From Candidatus Wolfebacteria bacterium (GTDB taxonomy: Bacteria > Patescibacteriota > Minisyncoccia > UBA6257 > UBA9933): DNA of 60,790 nucleotides. Below, piece after piece: positions 25,069-33,697 of this stretch (its first letter is position 1; every line of letters starts with the position of its first letter). The notes under the pieces were generated by a model that was given only the letters and a program-made list of their open reading frames with translations, ran no database searches and was not told where the DNA came from. The stretch lies in assembly GCA_016188075.1 (NCBI GenBank), contig JACPIO010000014.1, forward strand, positions 1 to 60,790. The letters are read 5' to 3'. The position numbers and the translations under genes were made by a program.

Positions 25069-25263
25069 ATGGGTGGCGTACCAGTAAAACATCATACGCA
25101 TTCAAAAGTGGGCCGGCGGCGGTCGCATTTGGCGTTAAAACCTTCGCAGATGTTCGCTTGTTCCAATTGCGGCCATCCGATTTTGCCCCATCGTTTTTGC
25201 GTGAATTGCGGAAATTATAAAGGGAGAATTATTAAAGAACCGAAAATAAAGATAAAGAAGTAG
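25069..25263 (+). CDS. rpmF: 50S ribosomal protein L32
   Basis: MGGVPVKHHTHSKVGRRRSH...CSNCGHPILPHRFCVNCGNYKG. The track ORF starts at 25048. Confidence 0.85.
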   Translation: MGGVPVKHHTHSKVGRRRSHLALKPSQMFACSNCGHPILPHRFCVNCGNYKGRIIKEPKIKIKK

Positions 25264-25335
25264 TCTACGGTCTACTGACTACCGACTACAGCTATTTGAC
25301 TGTGGTCTGTAGACTGTAGTCCGTAGTCAGCCAAA

Positions 25336-25764
25336 TTGGCTACTCGACATCTGGTAAGAAGTATCGTCCTTCAGTCGCTCTACGAATGGGATTTTTACGA
25401 TCGGAAGTCTGATTTCACGGAAATTTTGGAAAGAAATTTGGAAGAGTTCGGCCCGGGCATTGACGAGCCGGAATTTGCTTGGCGGCTGGCAAAGGGCATT
25501 ATGGAGAATTTTGATAAATTGAATAAAATTATAGAGAAGGCGGCGCCGGAATGGCCATTGAAACAAATTGCCACGATCGACCGGAATGCCCTGCGCATCG
25601 GACTCTACGAACTTTTATTCGCTGACAAAGAAGAGGTGCCCGCCAAAGTGGCGATAAACGAAGCGATTGAGCTGGCCAAAAACTACGGCGGACCGAATTC
25701 GGGAAAATTCATCAACGGCGTTTTGGGCACGGTGTATAAGGAAATAGAAAATAAAAAAAAGTAA
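25336..25764 (+). CDS. nusB: Transcription antitermination factor NusB
   Basis: [17 protein letters not shown]...[15 protein letters not shown]...[14 protein letters not shown] start. Confidence 0.85.
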   Translation: MATRHLVRSIVLQSLYEWDFYDRKSDFTEILERNLEEFGPGIDEPEFAWRLAKGIMENFDKLNKIIEKAAPEWPLKQIATIDRNALRIGLYELLFADKEEVPAKVAINEAIELAKNYGGPNSGKFINGVLGTVYKEIENKKK

Positions 25765-25792
25765 TTAGTAATTAGCAACTAGGAATAAGGTA

Positions 25793-26482
25793 GTGAATTT
25801 ATCTTCGCTCGAAAAAAATCTCGGAATTGTTTTTGAAAACAAAACTCTTCTTAAGGAAGCCTTAACTCATCGTTCTTATCTTAACGAAAATTCTTCGTGG
25901 GGAATTCTTCATAATGAACGTTTGGAATTTTTGGGCGATGCCGTTTTGGAATTGGCCGTAACCGAAAATCTTTTCAGCCGTTTTCCCAAATACGCCGAGG
26001 GACAGCTTACCAGCATTCGGGCGGCTTTGGTCAATTATCAAATGATGGCCAAAGTGGCGCGGGAAATTGATCTTGAAAATTTTGTTTTGATGTCCCGCGG
26101 CGAGGCGAAAGATGTCGGTCGCGCCCGAGAAGTGATTCTGGCGAACGCGATGGAAGCCTTGATCGGCGCCGTTTACCTTGATCACGGCTACGAAGCCGCC
26201 CAAAAGATGGTTGAAAAAATCGTTCTCGCGCCCAATCTTGAAGTGGTAATGAAAAATCATCTTTACAAAGATCCCAAAAGCGAGCTTCAGGAAATTGTTC
26301 AAGAAAAGCATCGGATTACGCCAATTTATCAAATTATCGAGGAATGGGGGCCGGATCACAAAAAGATTTTCCGGAGTGGCGTTTTGATGGGAGAAAAGTT
26401 ATTGGCCGAAGGCGAGGGCTACTCCAAGCAGGAAGCGGAAACGGAAGCGGCGAGAAACGCGTTAAAGAAGATCAACGAATAG
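25793..26482 (+). CDS. rnc: Ribonuclease III
   Basis: NERLEFLGDAVLEL signature plus a C-terminal dsRBD. Confidence 0.93.
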   Translation: MNLSSLEKNLGIVFENKTLLKEALTHRSYLNENSSWGILHNERLEFLGDAVLELAVTENLFSRFPKYAEGQLTSIRAALVNYQMMAKVAREIDLENFVLMSRGEAKDVGRAREVILANAMEALIGAVYLDHGYEAAQKMVEKIVLAPNLEVVMKNHLYKDPKSELQEIVQEKHRITPIYQIIEEWGPDHKKIFRSGVLMGEKLLAEGEGYSKQEAETEAARNALKKINE

Positions 26483-26559
26483 CGAATCTGTTCGAATAAG
26501 CGAATCAGCGAATTCGTTTATTCGTAAATTCGTATCAATTCGTTATTCGTTGATAAGGC

Positions 26560-28728
26560 ATGTTTCTTAAATCTCTCGAACTCAACGGTTTTAAATCTTT
26601 TGCCTCAAGGACGGTTCTGGAATTTCCGGCCGGTATTACCGCCATTGTCGGTCCGAACGGTTCCGGCAAGTCGAATATCATTGATTGCATCCGTTGGCTT
26701 TTGGGAGAAAGAGAAGCGAAAAATTTGAGAGGCGCGAAAGTCGAAGATTTAATCTGGAACGGCACGCCGAAGAGACCGCGAGTAGGAATGGCGCAGGCGG
26801 GGCTTCATTTTGATAATGGCTCCGGTTTTTTCCCGGTAGATTTTAAAGAAGTGGCGATTGGAAGACGGGTTAGTCGAGACGGCCAGTCCGAATATTTTTT
26901 GAATAAATCCGAGGTTCGACTTAAAGACATTGTTGATTTTTTCAGTCGTTCGCGTCTCGGAACAAAGGGTCTTACCGTTATTGGGCAAGGATCAAGCGAT
27001 CTTTTCGTTCGCGCCACGCCCGAAGAGCGGCGGCTGATGATCGAGGAAATTCTCGGACTTCGCGAATATCAGATAAAAAAAACCGAAGCGGAAAGAAAAT
27101 TAAAAAACACCGGCTTCAACTTGGAAAAGGCGCGGGCGATGATTGAAGAAGTTTTGCCGCGTCTCCGGCTGCTAAAACGCCAGACCAACAAGTGGAGTAA
27201 AAGGGTTGCCCTAAGCGAAGAGCTGCGTCAGATGGAAGACAATTATTTTTCTTTAAAATTGGGAGACATCGATCGATCGGAGACCGAAATTGAGCCGAAG
27301 CTAAAAAGCATCGAGGCTTCGATCCAAGCTTTAAAAGCGGAGGTTCGCGGACTGGAATCGGAAATCCGCGAGATAGAATCCCAGCCTCGCGAGTATGAAG
27401 AAATAAAAAATATCAAGAAAGAACAGGCCGTTCTTTTCGCGGAAAGGAACAGGATCGAAAAGGAATTGGGCCGGGTCGAGGCGAGGCTGGAATTCGCGAA
27501 GCGAGAGGCGTCAGCCGGCAGTCAGTCTTTCGAAGCCGGAGAGCTTTTGGGATTGGTCGGCGAAATCAAAAGAGAACTCGAAGCGGGCATGGAAGAGTCA
27601 AACATTGATAAATTTCGGGGAATGGCGAAAAAAATTATAGTGAGAATTTCGGATTTTTTGAGCGGACGCGACGGCCAAAAAGAAATCGGAAAAGATTTTG
27701 GGGAGATTGAATCTCTGCGGGAAGGGCTGGTTTTAAAAGCTCGAGAGCTGGAGGACAAATTTAAGGAAATGGAGGCGAAAGAAGCTAAAATCACCAAGGG
27801 TTTGGAAGATTTTAACCGGCAGTTTCAGAAAATTTTTGAAGCTATTGACGCGAAACGAAGAAGGCTGGGAGTCTTCGAAGAAGAAAGAAGTAAAATGACT
27901 TCTCTGAGGGAAAGACTGGAATTTAGAAAAGGGGAGTTGAAAAATCAGATGGTTCAGGCCGGAAGGGGCATCGACGAATTTAAGTCGGATCCTTACGCGC
28001 GCCTCGGAGAGGCCGAGTTTTTGAATCTGGAGAAAAAAATGTTCCGATTAAGAGGGGAGCTCGGCGCGATCGGCGAGATAGACGAAACCTTGATCAAAGA
28101 AGCCGAAGAGGTCGAAAATCATTATAATTTTTTGGAGAGTCAATCGAAAGATTTGGATTCCGCCCGGGAAGACCTAAAAAAATTAATCAAGGATTTAAGT
28201 GAAAAAATTCATAACGACTTTAATAAATCGTTGAAGCTGATTAACGAAGAGTTTAATAAGTTTTTCCGCTTGATGTTCGGCGGCGGAAGCGCGAAGTTGA
28301 GAATCATGAAGCGTGAAGCGCGAAGCATGAAACAGGTTCACGAGGAGGGATCTGAAACGGAAGGAGGAAGGGATGTCTTAGAAACGGACGATTTGTCGGG
28401 TATTGAGATTGATTTGAGTTTGCCGAAAAAAAGAATCACCGGACTCGAAATGCTTTCCGGCGGCGAGAAAAGTCTGGTTTCGATCGCCGCTCTTTTTTCT
28501 TTAATTTCGGTAAGTCCGCCGCCATTTTTGGTTTTGGATGAAATTGACGCGGCGCTTGACGAAAGCAACTCGCGGCGCTTTGCCAATTTGGTTAAAGAAT
28601 TTTCCAAGAAAACTCAATTTATTATTGCCACTCACAATCGCGCCACGATGGAAGGGGCGGACGTTTTATATGGGGTGACGATGGGAGAGGATGGAGCATC
28701 AAAGGTGCTGTCTTTAAAGCTTGAATAA
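26560..28728 (+). CDS. smc: SMC-like chromosome partition ATPase, short form (722 aa)
   Basis: FKSF...GPNGSGKSNIIDCIRWLLGE head and LSGGEKSLVSIAALF...LDEIDAALD tail. The coiled coil is short and no obvious hinge is seen. Confidence 0.8.
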   Translation: MFLKSLELNGFKSFASRTVLEFPAGITAIVGPNGSGKSNIIDCIRWLLGEREAKNLRGAKVEDLIWNGTPKRPRVGMAQAGLHFDNGSGFFPVDFKEVAIGRRVSRDGQSEYFLNKSEVRLKDIVDFFSRSRLGTKGLTVIGQGSSDLFVRATPEERRLMIEEILGLREYQIKKTEAERKLKNTGFNLEKARAMIEEVLPRLRLLKRQTNKWSKRVALSEELRQMEDNYFSLKLGDIDRSETEIEPKLKSIEASIQALKAEVRGLESEIREIESQPREYEEIKNIKKEQAVLFAERNRIEKELGRVEARLEFAKREASAGSQSFEAGELLGLVGEIKRELEAGMEESNIDKFRGMAKKIIVRISDFLSGRDGQKEIGKDFGEIESLREGLVLKARELEDKFKEMEAKEAKITKGLEDFNRQFQKIFEAIDAKRRRLGVFEEERSKMTSLRERLEFRKGELKNQMVQAGRGIDEFKSDPYARLGEAEFLNLEKKMFRLRGELGAIGEIDETLIKEAEEVENHYNFLESQSKDLDSAREDLKKLIKDLSEKIHNDFNKSLKLINEEFNKFFRLMFGGGSAKLRIMKREARSMKQVHEEGSETEGGRDVLETDDLSGIEIDLSLPKKRITGLEMLSGGEKSLVSIAALFSLISVSPPPFLVLDEIDAALDESNSRRFANLVKEFSKKTQFIIATHNRATMEGADVLYGVTMGEDGASKVLSLKLE

Positions 28729-28810
28729 GGAATTACGAATAATGAATTACGGAGTTGACTTTTGAAATATAAGCTTTTATTCTTGATTCATTATTCTTAA
28801 TTCATAATTC

Positions 28811-29089
28811 ATGCTCGCCATTAAACTAATGCGTATCGGAAAAAAGCATCAGCCCTCGTACCGGGTTATTATTAAAGAAAAGCGTTCCAAGCTGGGAGGT
28901 CGGTATGTTGACGACGCGGGATGGTTGAATCCCCGCGATAAGTCATTTAAACTTAACAAAGAAAGAATTCTTTACTGGCTCCAAAACGGAGCCCAACCGA
29001 CTGACTCGGTTCGTAATTTATTGGTTAGGGCCGGAGTTGTATCTGGTCCGAAAATAGCGGTGCATAAAAAAAAGAAAGAAAAAGGCTGA
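28811..29089 (+). CDS. rpsP: 30S ribosomal protein S16
   Basis: MLAIKLMRIGKKHQPSYRVI. Confidence 0.93.
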   Translation: MLAIKLMRIGKKHQPSYRVIIKEKRSKLGGRYVDDAGWLNPRDKSFKLNKERILYWLQNGAQPTDSVRNLLVRAGVVSGPKIAVHKKKKEKG

Positions 29090-29171
29090 TTTGTTAAAGG
29101 TCGAAAGTCAAAAATGAAATGAATGCGTGGAAAGTTCAAGTTAAATCCGCGTAAATCAGAATTATACTAAA

Positions 29172-29483
29172 ATGGATATGGAAGCGGATAAGAAATTCCT
29201 GGAATTTCTTGTTAAGTCGATTGTGGACCATCCGGATGACGTGGAGGTTAATCGGAAAGTTGACGAGATGGGAGTTTTATTGACTCTCAAAGTCCACCCC
29301 ATGGATATGGGACAGGTGGTGGGAAAGGGCGGTTCTACGGCTCAAGCCATCCGCGCCCTTCTTCGGATCGTCGGCATTAAAAATAATGCCCGCGTGAATC
29401 TGAAAATTTTGGAGCCGGAAGGCGGGCACGGCGGAAGAGGCGGGAGTAGAGTGGACGAAGCGGCGCGAGAAATGAATTTGTAG
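29172..29483 (+). CDS. KH-domain RNA-binding protein (YlqC/UPF0109-like)
   Basis: GQVVGKGGSTAQAIRALL GxxG motif, in the usual position after rpsP. Confidence 0.8.
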   Translation: MDMEADKKFLEFLVKSIVDHPDDVEVNRKVDEMGVLLTLKVHPMDMGQVVGKGGSTAQAIRALLRIVGIKNNARVNLKILEPEGGHGGRGGSRVDEAAREMNL

Positions 29484-29484
29484 G

Positions 29485-29562
29485 TGCGAATTTTTTCTGC
29501 GAGCAACGCGAGTAACTGTCTGCCATGGGCAGATCCGCCTCAGGCGGAAAAAATTCAGCATC
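29485..29562 (-). repeat. About 78-nt multi-hairpin element, copy 2 (inverted)
   Basis: Starts 2 nt after the KH gene stop. See 24992..25068. Confidence 0.85.
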
Positions 29563-29563
29563 C

Positions 29564-29601
29564 CGCCCCCACGCTTACGCGTAAGTGTGGGGGCGTGTTT
29601 T
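29564..29601 (+). terminator. Rho-independent terminator CGCCCCCACgCTTAC gc GTAAGtGTGGGGGCG plus TGTTTT
   Basis: GC-rich stem plus T-run. Confidence 0.7.
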
Positions 29602-29604
29602 AGA

Positions 29605-29648
29605 TTTACTAAAGTAATCGCGACGGCCGTCGCCATAACTTTAGTAAA
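29605..29648 (+). repeat. Hairpin module TTTACTAAAGT-(n)-CGACGGCCGTCGC-(n)-ACTTTAGTAAA
   Basis: Sister of 23426..23467. Confidence 0.8.
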
Positions 29649-29788
29649 TTGAGAAACTGCTAAATTGTTGAAAAATTTTCAAATTTCAAATCAAGGTTAT
29701 TTCTAAGGACATCGCAAGTCCTTAGTTAGATTGAATAGTGGTTAATTTTCTGGTTAGATTATAGCGACATCGGGACCGCCATAGTTAT

Positions 29789-30478
29789 ATGAAATTTGAT
29801 ATCATTACAATTTTTCCCCATATTTTCGATTCTTATTTCAATGAATCCATTATTAAACGCGCCCGCGAGAAAAAATTGATTCAGGTAAAAATTTGGAATC
29901 TCCGCGATTTCGCGGTTGGCAAACACAAGTCGGTTGATGATTCTCCTTTTGGCGGCGGTCCGGGGATGGCATTAAAGATTGAACCGATAATTAAAGCGGT
30001 TCAATCTTTAAATTCAAAAATCATTTTTGCGAAGCAAATCCCCGGAGGGTCAAATAAAAAATCAAAAATCATTCTTTTTTCCGCGCGCGGCCAGCAATTT
30101 GATAATAAAATGGCGAGCAGACTCGCAAAAAATTATGAGCGACTGATTTTAATCTGCGGCCGCTATGAGGGGGTGGACGAACGAGTGAAGAAAGCGATAG
30201 GCGATTTAGGATTAGAAATTCAGGAGTTATCCATTGGGCCGTATATTTTGACAGGCGGAGAGGTACCGGCAATGGTTGTCGTAGATGCTGTTTCAAGGCA
30301 TTTGCCCGGAGTTTTGGGTCGGCGGGAGTCGCTCGAGGAAATTAAAGGTTCTTATCCGGTTTATACGCGGCCAGAGGTTTTTGAATTCCGGGGTCGGAAA
30401 TACCCGGTGCCTAAGATGCTGGTTAGGGGAGATCACGAGAAAATTGAGCGTTGGCGGAGGAGTCGGGGCCGGTCGTGA
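29789..30478 (+). CDS. trmD: tRNA (guanine37-N1)-methyltransferase
   Basis: FDIITIFP, DDSPFGGGPGM, ICGRYEGVDERV, GGEVPAMV. Confidence 0.93.
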   Translation: MKFDIITIFPHIFDSYFNESIIKRAREKKLIQVKIWNLRDFAVGKHKSVDDSPFGGGPGMALKIEPIIKAVQSLNSKIIFAKQIPGGSNKKSKIILFSARGQQFDNKMASRLAKNYERLILICGRYEGVDERVKKAIGDLGLEIQELSIGPYILTGGEVPAMVVVDAVSRHLPGVLGRRESLEEIKGSYPVYTRPEVFEFRGRKYPVPKMLVRGDHEKIERWRRSRGRS

Positions 30479-30545
30479 TTGACACCAATCAAAGTCTTTT
30501 GGTATATTTAAGCAATGCCCAAGGGGCTATTTATAGTGCTTTATT

Positions 30546-31304
30546 ATGGAAGAACAGGTTTTAGACCAAGAAAAAATTGAAAAAGAAGATGATTTATTGC
30601 CCCCGAATGTTTCGAAAGAAGATTTGGCGATTTTGGAGGAGATGATGCGAGCCGGAATGATGTACGGCCACAAAAAATCGAAGACCAATCCCAAATTCCG
30701 TCCGTATATCTATACCACTCGCAACGGCCTGGAAATTATCGATTTAGCGCAGACGATTCCGGCGTTGGAGAGCGCGGCAGAGTTTTTGAAAGGAAAAATA
30801 AAAGAAGGGGCTGTTGTTTTGGTCGCGGCTACCCAGCCAGCCGCGAGGGATGCCGTGGAGGCATTGGCCAAAAAATTCAACTTTTCTTTCATCAACGAAC
30901 GCTGGATCGGCGGTCTTTTGACGAATTTCAAAGTTATCTCCAGCCGGATTGAATACTTCAAAAAAATTAAGGCTGATTTTGACGCCGGCCGATTCGAGAA
31001 ATACACTAAAAAAGAACGAGTGATGATCAATCGCGATATCGACCGGATGAAAAAAATGTTCACCGGTTTGGAGAATTTGCTGAAAGTGCCGGATGTTCTT
31101 GTGATCATCGATCCCATCTTGAAAGGGCACGTGACAGCCCTAAGGGAAGCGAAGCGATTAAAAATTAAAACCATCGCGATTGTAGACAGCGATGACGATC
31201 CCGAAGCGGTGGATTTCCCGATTCCGGCCAATGACCATTCGAAAGCCAGCATTGATTGGATTATTGAAAAAATTTCAGCGTATTTGGAGAAAATCAACGA
31301 ATAA
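30546..31304 (+). CDS. rpsB: 30S ribosomal protein S2
   Basis: MMRAGMMYGHKKSKTNPKF...ERWIGGLLTNF...AIVDSDDDP. Confidence 0.95.
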   Translation: MEEQVLDQEKIEKEDDLLPPNVSKEDLAILEEMMRAGMMYGHKKSKTNPKFRPYIYTTRNGLEIIDLAQTIPALESAAEFLKGKIKEGAVVLVAATQPAARDAVEALAKKFNFSFINERWIGGLLTNFKVISSRIEYFKKIKADFDAGRFEKYTKKERVMINRDIDRMKKMFTGLENLLKVPDVLVIIDPILKGHVTALREAKRLKIKTIAIVDSDDDPEAVDFPIPANDHSKASIDWIIEKISAYLEKINE

Positions 31305-31402
31305 CGAATCTGTTTCGAATAATCGAATAATCGAATATACGAATCCGTAATTCGTTTATTCGTAAATTCGTAATAAATTCGCTATTCGATGATACTCATC
31401 AA

Positions 31403-31846
31403 ATGACCAATGACGACATTAAGAAATTAAGGGAGCTGACTGGCGCCGGCGTCGTGGAGTGCCGGAACGCCCTCAAAGACGCGGGGGGCGACCTCGAAAG
31501 AGCCCGCCAGATTATCCACGAGAGAGGGCAGGTGAGGGCGGAGAAAAGAAAAGACAGGTTAACCGGCGCCGGTATTTTGGAATCTTACATTCATAACGAA
31601 AGAGTGGGTGTGCTTTTAGAACTTCGATGCGAGACGGATTTCGTGGCTCGTTCCGAAGATTTTCGCGAACTCGCTCATAATTTGGCAATGCAGATTGCCG
31701 CGATGAATCCGGCTGATATTGATGAATTGATAAAGCAGGTGTATATTAAGGAGGAAACGCTCGCTGTGGACGGGCTTATTGGGCGAGTAATGGCCAAGAC
31801 TGGAGAAAATATAAGGGTCGAAAGATTTACGAGGTACGAAATTTAA
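31403..31846 (+). CDS. tsf: Elongation factor Ts, short form (147 aa)
   Basis: IKKLRELTGAGVVECRNALKDAGGDLERA UBA-like N-terminus; ETDFVARSEDF. Confidence 0.85.
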   Translation: MTNDDIKKLRELTGAGVVECRNALKDAGGDLERARQIIHERGQVRAEKRKDRLTGAGILESYIHNERVGVLLELRCETDFVARSEDFRELAHNLAMQIAAMNPADIDELIKQVYIKEETLAVDGLIGRVMAKTGENIRVERFTRYEI

Positions 31847-32023
31847 AGGGCTTTCTCTGAAATTTCGAGCCGCAAGGCGAAGAAATTTCAGATAGAAAAC
31901 CTTTACCCTGAGCCTGTCGAAGGGTTACTATACTATAATGTAATTCTTCGACTTCGCTCAGAATGCTCAATGTTGTAGCTAAATTTATTTCGCTCGACAT
32001 TGAGTCTCACTCATAAATTTGGC

Positions 32024-32383
32024 ATGTACAACTTCATTCTTCAATTTTCGTTAATGGTCAGTTTGGGCGTGATGATTTATTTGATGGCGCGAGCCCTGCC
32101 GCGAGTAGGAGATGAAATCGTCCAATCCGAACAAAGCAAGATTGATCAGTGGTTTTCCGCGCTTCCCTTGGACAAAATTGATTCCGCTTTTGGCAATTTT
32201 GCCGAAAAGTTTTTGCGGCGGTTCAGGCTGATTTTGATGAAGTTGGATAATCTGGTGGGCGGCTATCTTCATAGAGTGAAAAAATTTAACGGCAACGGCG
32301 GAGGAAACGGTCCCCAAAAACCAAGTCTTTTTACTAATGGTTCCGCCGGCGGAGAAGAGAAAAGGGAAGAGGATGCTATTTAA
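32024..32383 (+). CDS. Hypothetical membrane protein
   Basis: N-terminal TM helix (FILQFSLMVSLGVMIYLMA). The track ORF starts with TTG at 32000. Confidence 0.4.
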   Translation: MYNFILQFSLMVSLGVMIYLMARALPRVGDEIVQSEQSKIDQWFSALPLDKIDSAFGNFAEKFLRRFRLILMKLDNLVGGYLHRVKKFNGNGGGNGPQKPSLFTNGSAGGEEKREEDAI

Positions 32384-32385
32384 GA

Positions 32386-32469
32386 GGGCAGGTGGCAGAG
32401 CGGTCAATTGCACGAGACTGTAAATCTCGCGCCTTCACGGCTACGGGGGTTCGAATCCCTCCCTGCCCA
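32386..32469 (+). tRNA. tRNA-Tyr (GTA)
   Basis: Cloverleaf with anticodon loop CTGTAAA, a long variable arm, and T-loop GGTTCGAATCC. Confidence 0.9.
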
Positions 32470-32477
32470 CTACATAT

Positions 32478-32515
32478 GCCGGAATAGCTCAACGGCAGAC
32501 TTGCCCGCCATCGCC
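32478..32515 (+). pseudogene. Orphan tRNA 5' fragment (acceptor plus D-arm) fused to a GC-rich repeat
   Basis: GCCGGAATAGCTCAACGGCAGAC is followed by TTGCCCGCCATCGCC. No matching 3' half is seen. Confidence 0.4.
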
Positions 32516-32518
32516 TAA

Positions 32519-32702
32519 GCCCGCGTAGCTCAACTGGCAGAGCAATGCTTTTGCCCGCCTGCCATCGCAATTTGCCAGCGTAGCTCAGTGGTAGAGCAAT
32601 CCCTTTGTAAGGGAAAGGTCGTGGGTTCAAATCCCTCCGCTGGCTCAGGCAAATGGCGGGCAGGTAAAGCAGAGGTTGTCGGTTCGACTCCGACCGTGGG
32701 CT
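32519..32702 (+). tRNA. Interrupted tRNA-Thr-like gene (5' half 32519-32551, 3' half 32663-32702) enclosing a complete tRNA-Thr(TGT)
   Basis: The halves give a 7-bp acceptor stem (GCCCGCG/CGTGGGC), canonical D and T arms, and an anticodon stem ATGCT/AGCAG. The joined loop would read TTGGTAA or TTTGTAA. The insert is bounded by TGCCCGCC(TGCC) / (GGCA)aatGGCGGGCA. Confidence 0.45.
32574..32645 (+). tRNA. tRNA-Thr (TGT)
   Basis: GCCAGCG acceptor, anticodon loop TTTGTAA, T-loop GGTTCAAATCC. Confidence 0.85.
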
Positions 32703-32757
32703 CAGGCTTTGGCAGGCGGGGCAGCGCTTTTTTAAAAAGTTAGGGTAAATTGAGGCT

Positions 32758-32829
32758 GCCGATGTAGCTCAGTGGCAGAGCACGTTCTTGGTAAGAACGG
32801 GGTCGGGAGTTCAATCCTCCCCATCGGCT
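32758..32829 (+). tRNA. tRNA-Thr (GGT)
   Basis: GCCGATG acceptor, anticodon loop TTGGTAA, T-arm GGGAGTTCAATCCTCCC. Confidence 0.9.
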
Positions 32830-32890
32830 CAAATAAGATAGGATGCATCAGAATATTGATAATTGGTACTATTGATGATATGCTGTATAA

Positions 32891-33574
32891 ATGAAATCAA
32901 AGTGGTTCCGATATAAAGACGAGGCGATTCGTTTAAGAAAAAAAGGATTTTCGATTGGTAACGTTGAAAAGTGCTTAGGGATTCCTCGTTCTACCCTGAG
33001 CGGCTGGTTTAAGGACGTAAAGCTTTCGGAAAAGCAGAAACATAAACTATGGCTTAATTGGAAAAATGGTTTAACTAAGGCACGAAAAAAGGCAGTTCTT
33101 TGGCATAATCAACAAAAGCAAAATAGGTTGAATGAGGCAAGGGAAGCATCGTTAGGGGTACTGCGGAGAATAAATCTTAAAGATAAAGATATTTTAGATT
33201 TGGCCTTGGCTATGTTATATTTGGGGGAAGGAGCGAAGAAAAACGCAGAAACAGCTATGGGCAGCTCGGATCCATTGATACTGAGATTTTTTATTGCCGC
33301 TTTACGAAAAATTTATAATTTTGATATCTCAAAGATGCGTTGCGAACTCTATTTAAGAGCAGATCAAAACCCAGACGTAATTAAAAGATTTTGGTCCAGC
33401 GAGTTAAATTTGCCGATAAGAAATTTTAAACAAGTTAGTATTGACAAGAGGACGATTGGGATAAAAACTTACCCTGGATATAAAGGGGTGTGCAACATAC
33501 GCTGTAGCAATGTTGCAATTAAAAGAAAGTTATTATATCTAAGCGAGCTGTTTATTAAAAAATTTATATCTTAA
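32891..33574 (+). CDS. HTH plus LAGLIDADG-like homing-endonuclease-type protein
   Basis: The N-terminal segment GFSIGNVEKCLGIPRSTLSGWFK is HTH-like. LALAMLYLGEGAKK resembles a LAGLIDADG motif. The gene sits between tRNA genes. Confidence 0.45.
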   Translation: MKSKWFRYKDEAIRLRKKGFSIGNVEKCLGIPRSTLSGWFKDVKLSEKQKHKLWLNWKNGLTKARKKAVLWHNQQKQNRLNEAREASLGVLRRINLKDKDILDLALAMLYLGEGAKKNAETAMGSSDPLILRFFIAALRKIYNFDISKMRCELYLRADQNPDVIKRFWSSELNLPIRNFKQVSIDKRTIGIKTYPGYKGVCNIRCSNVAIKRKLLYLSELFIKKFIS

Positions 33575-33576
33575 CG

Positions 33577-33651
33577 GGGTGATTAGCTCAGTGGCAGAGC
33601 GCTTCCTCGACACGGAAGAGGTCACTGGTTCAAATCCAGTATCACCCACCA
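33577..33651 (+). tRNA. tRNA-Val (GAC)
   Basis: GGGTGAT acceptor, anticodon stem CTTCC/GGAAG with GAC, encoded CCA. Confidence 0.85.
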
Positions 33652-33697
33652 GATAGGAAATTGCAAATTAGGATATTTTTTATTAGTATTTAATTTT

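Noticed and set aside
24993-25220. The ORF starting MLNFFRLRRICPWQT, and its twin inside 29277..29636 on the minus strand, as a duplicated small protein.
   Set aside because: The shared peptide is simply the translation of the 78-nt inverted repeat. One ORF overlaps rpmF out of frame and the other is antisense to the KH gene.
30710-31297. Long antisense ORFs inside rpsB (195 aa and 128 aa). Similar antisense ORFs occur in dnaE, thrS, rnc, smc, hsdM and hsdR.
   Set aside because: Each lies fully within a well-supported gene on the opposite strand and has low-complexity or S/F/I-rich composition. These are typical shadow ORFs.
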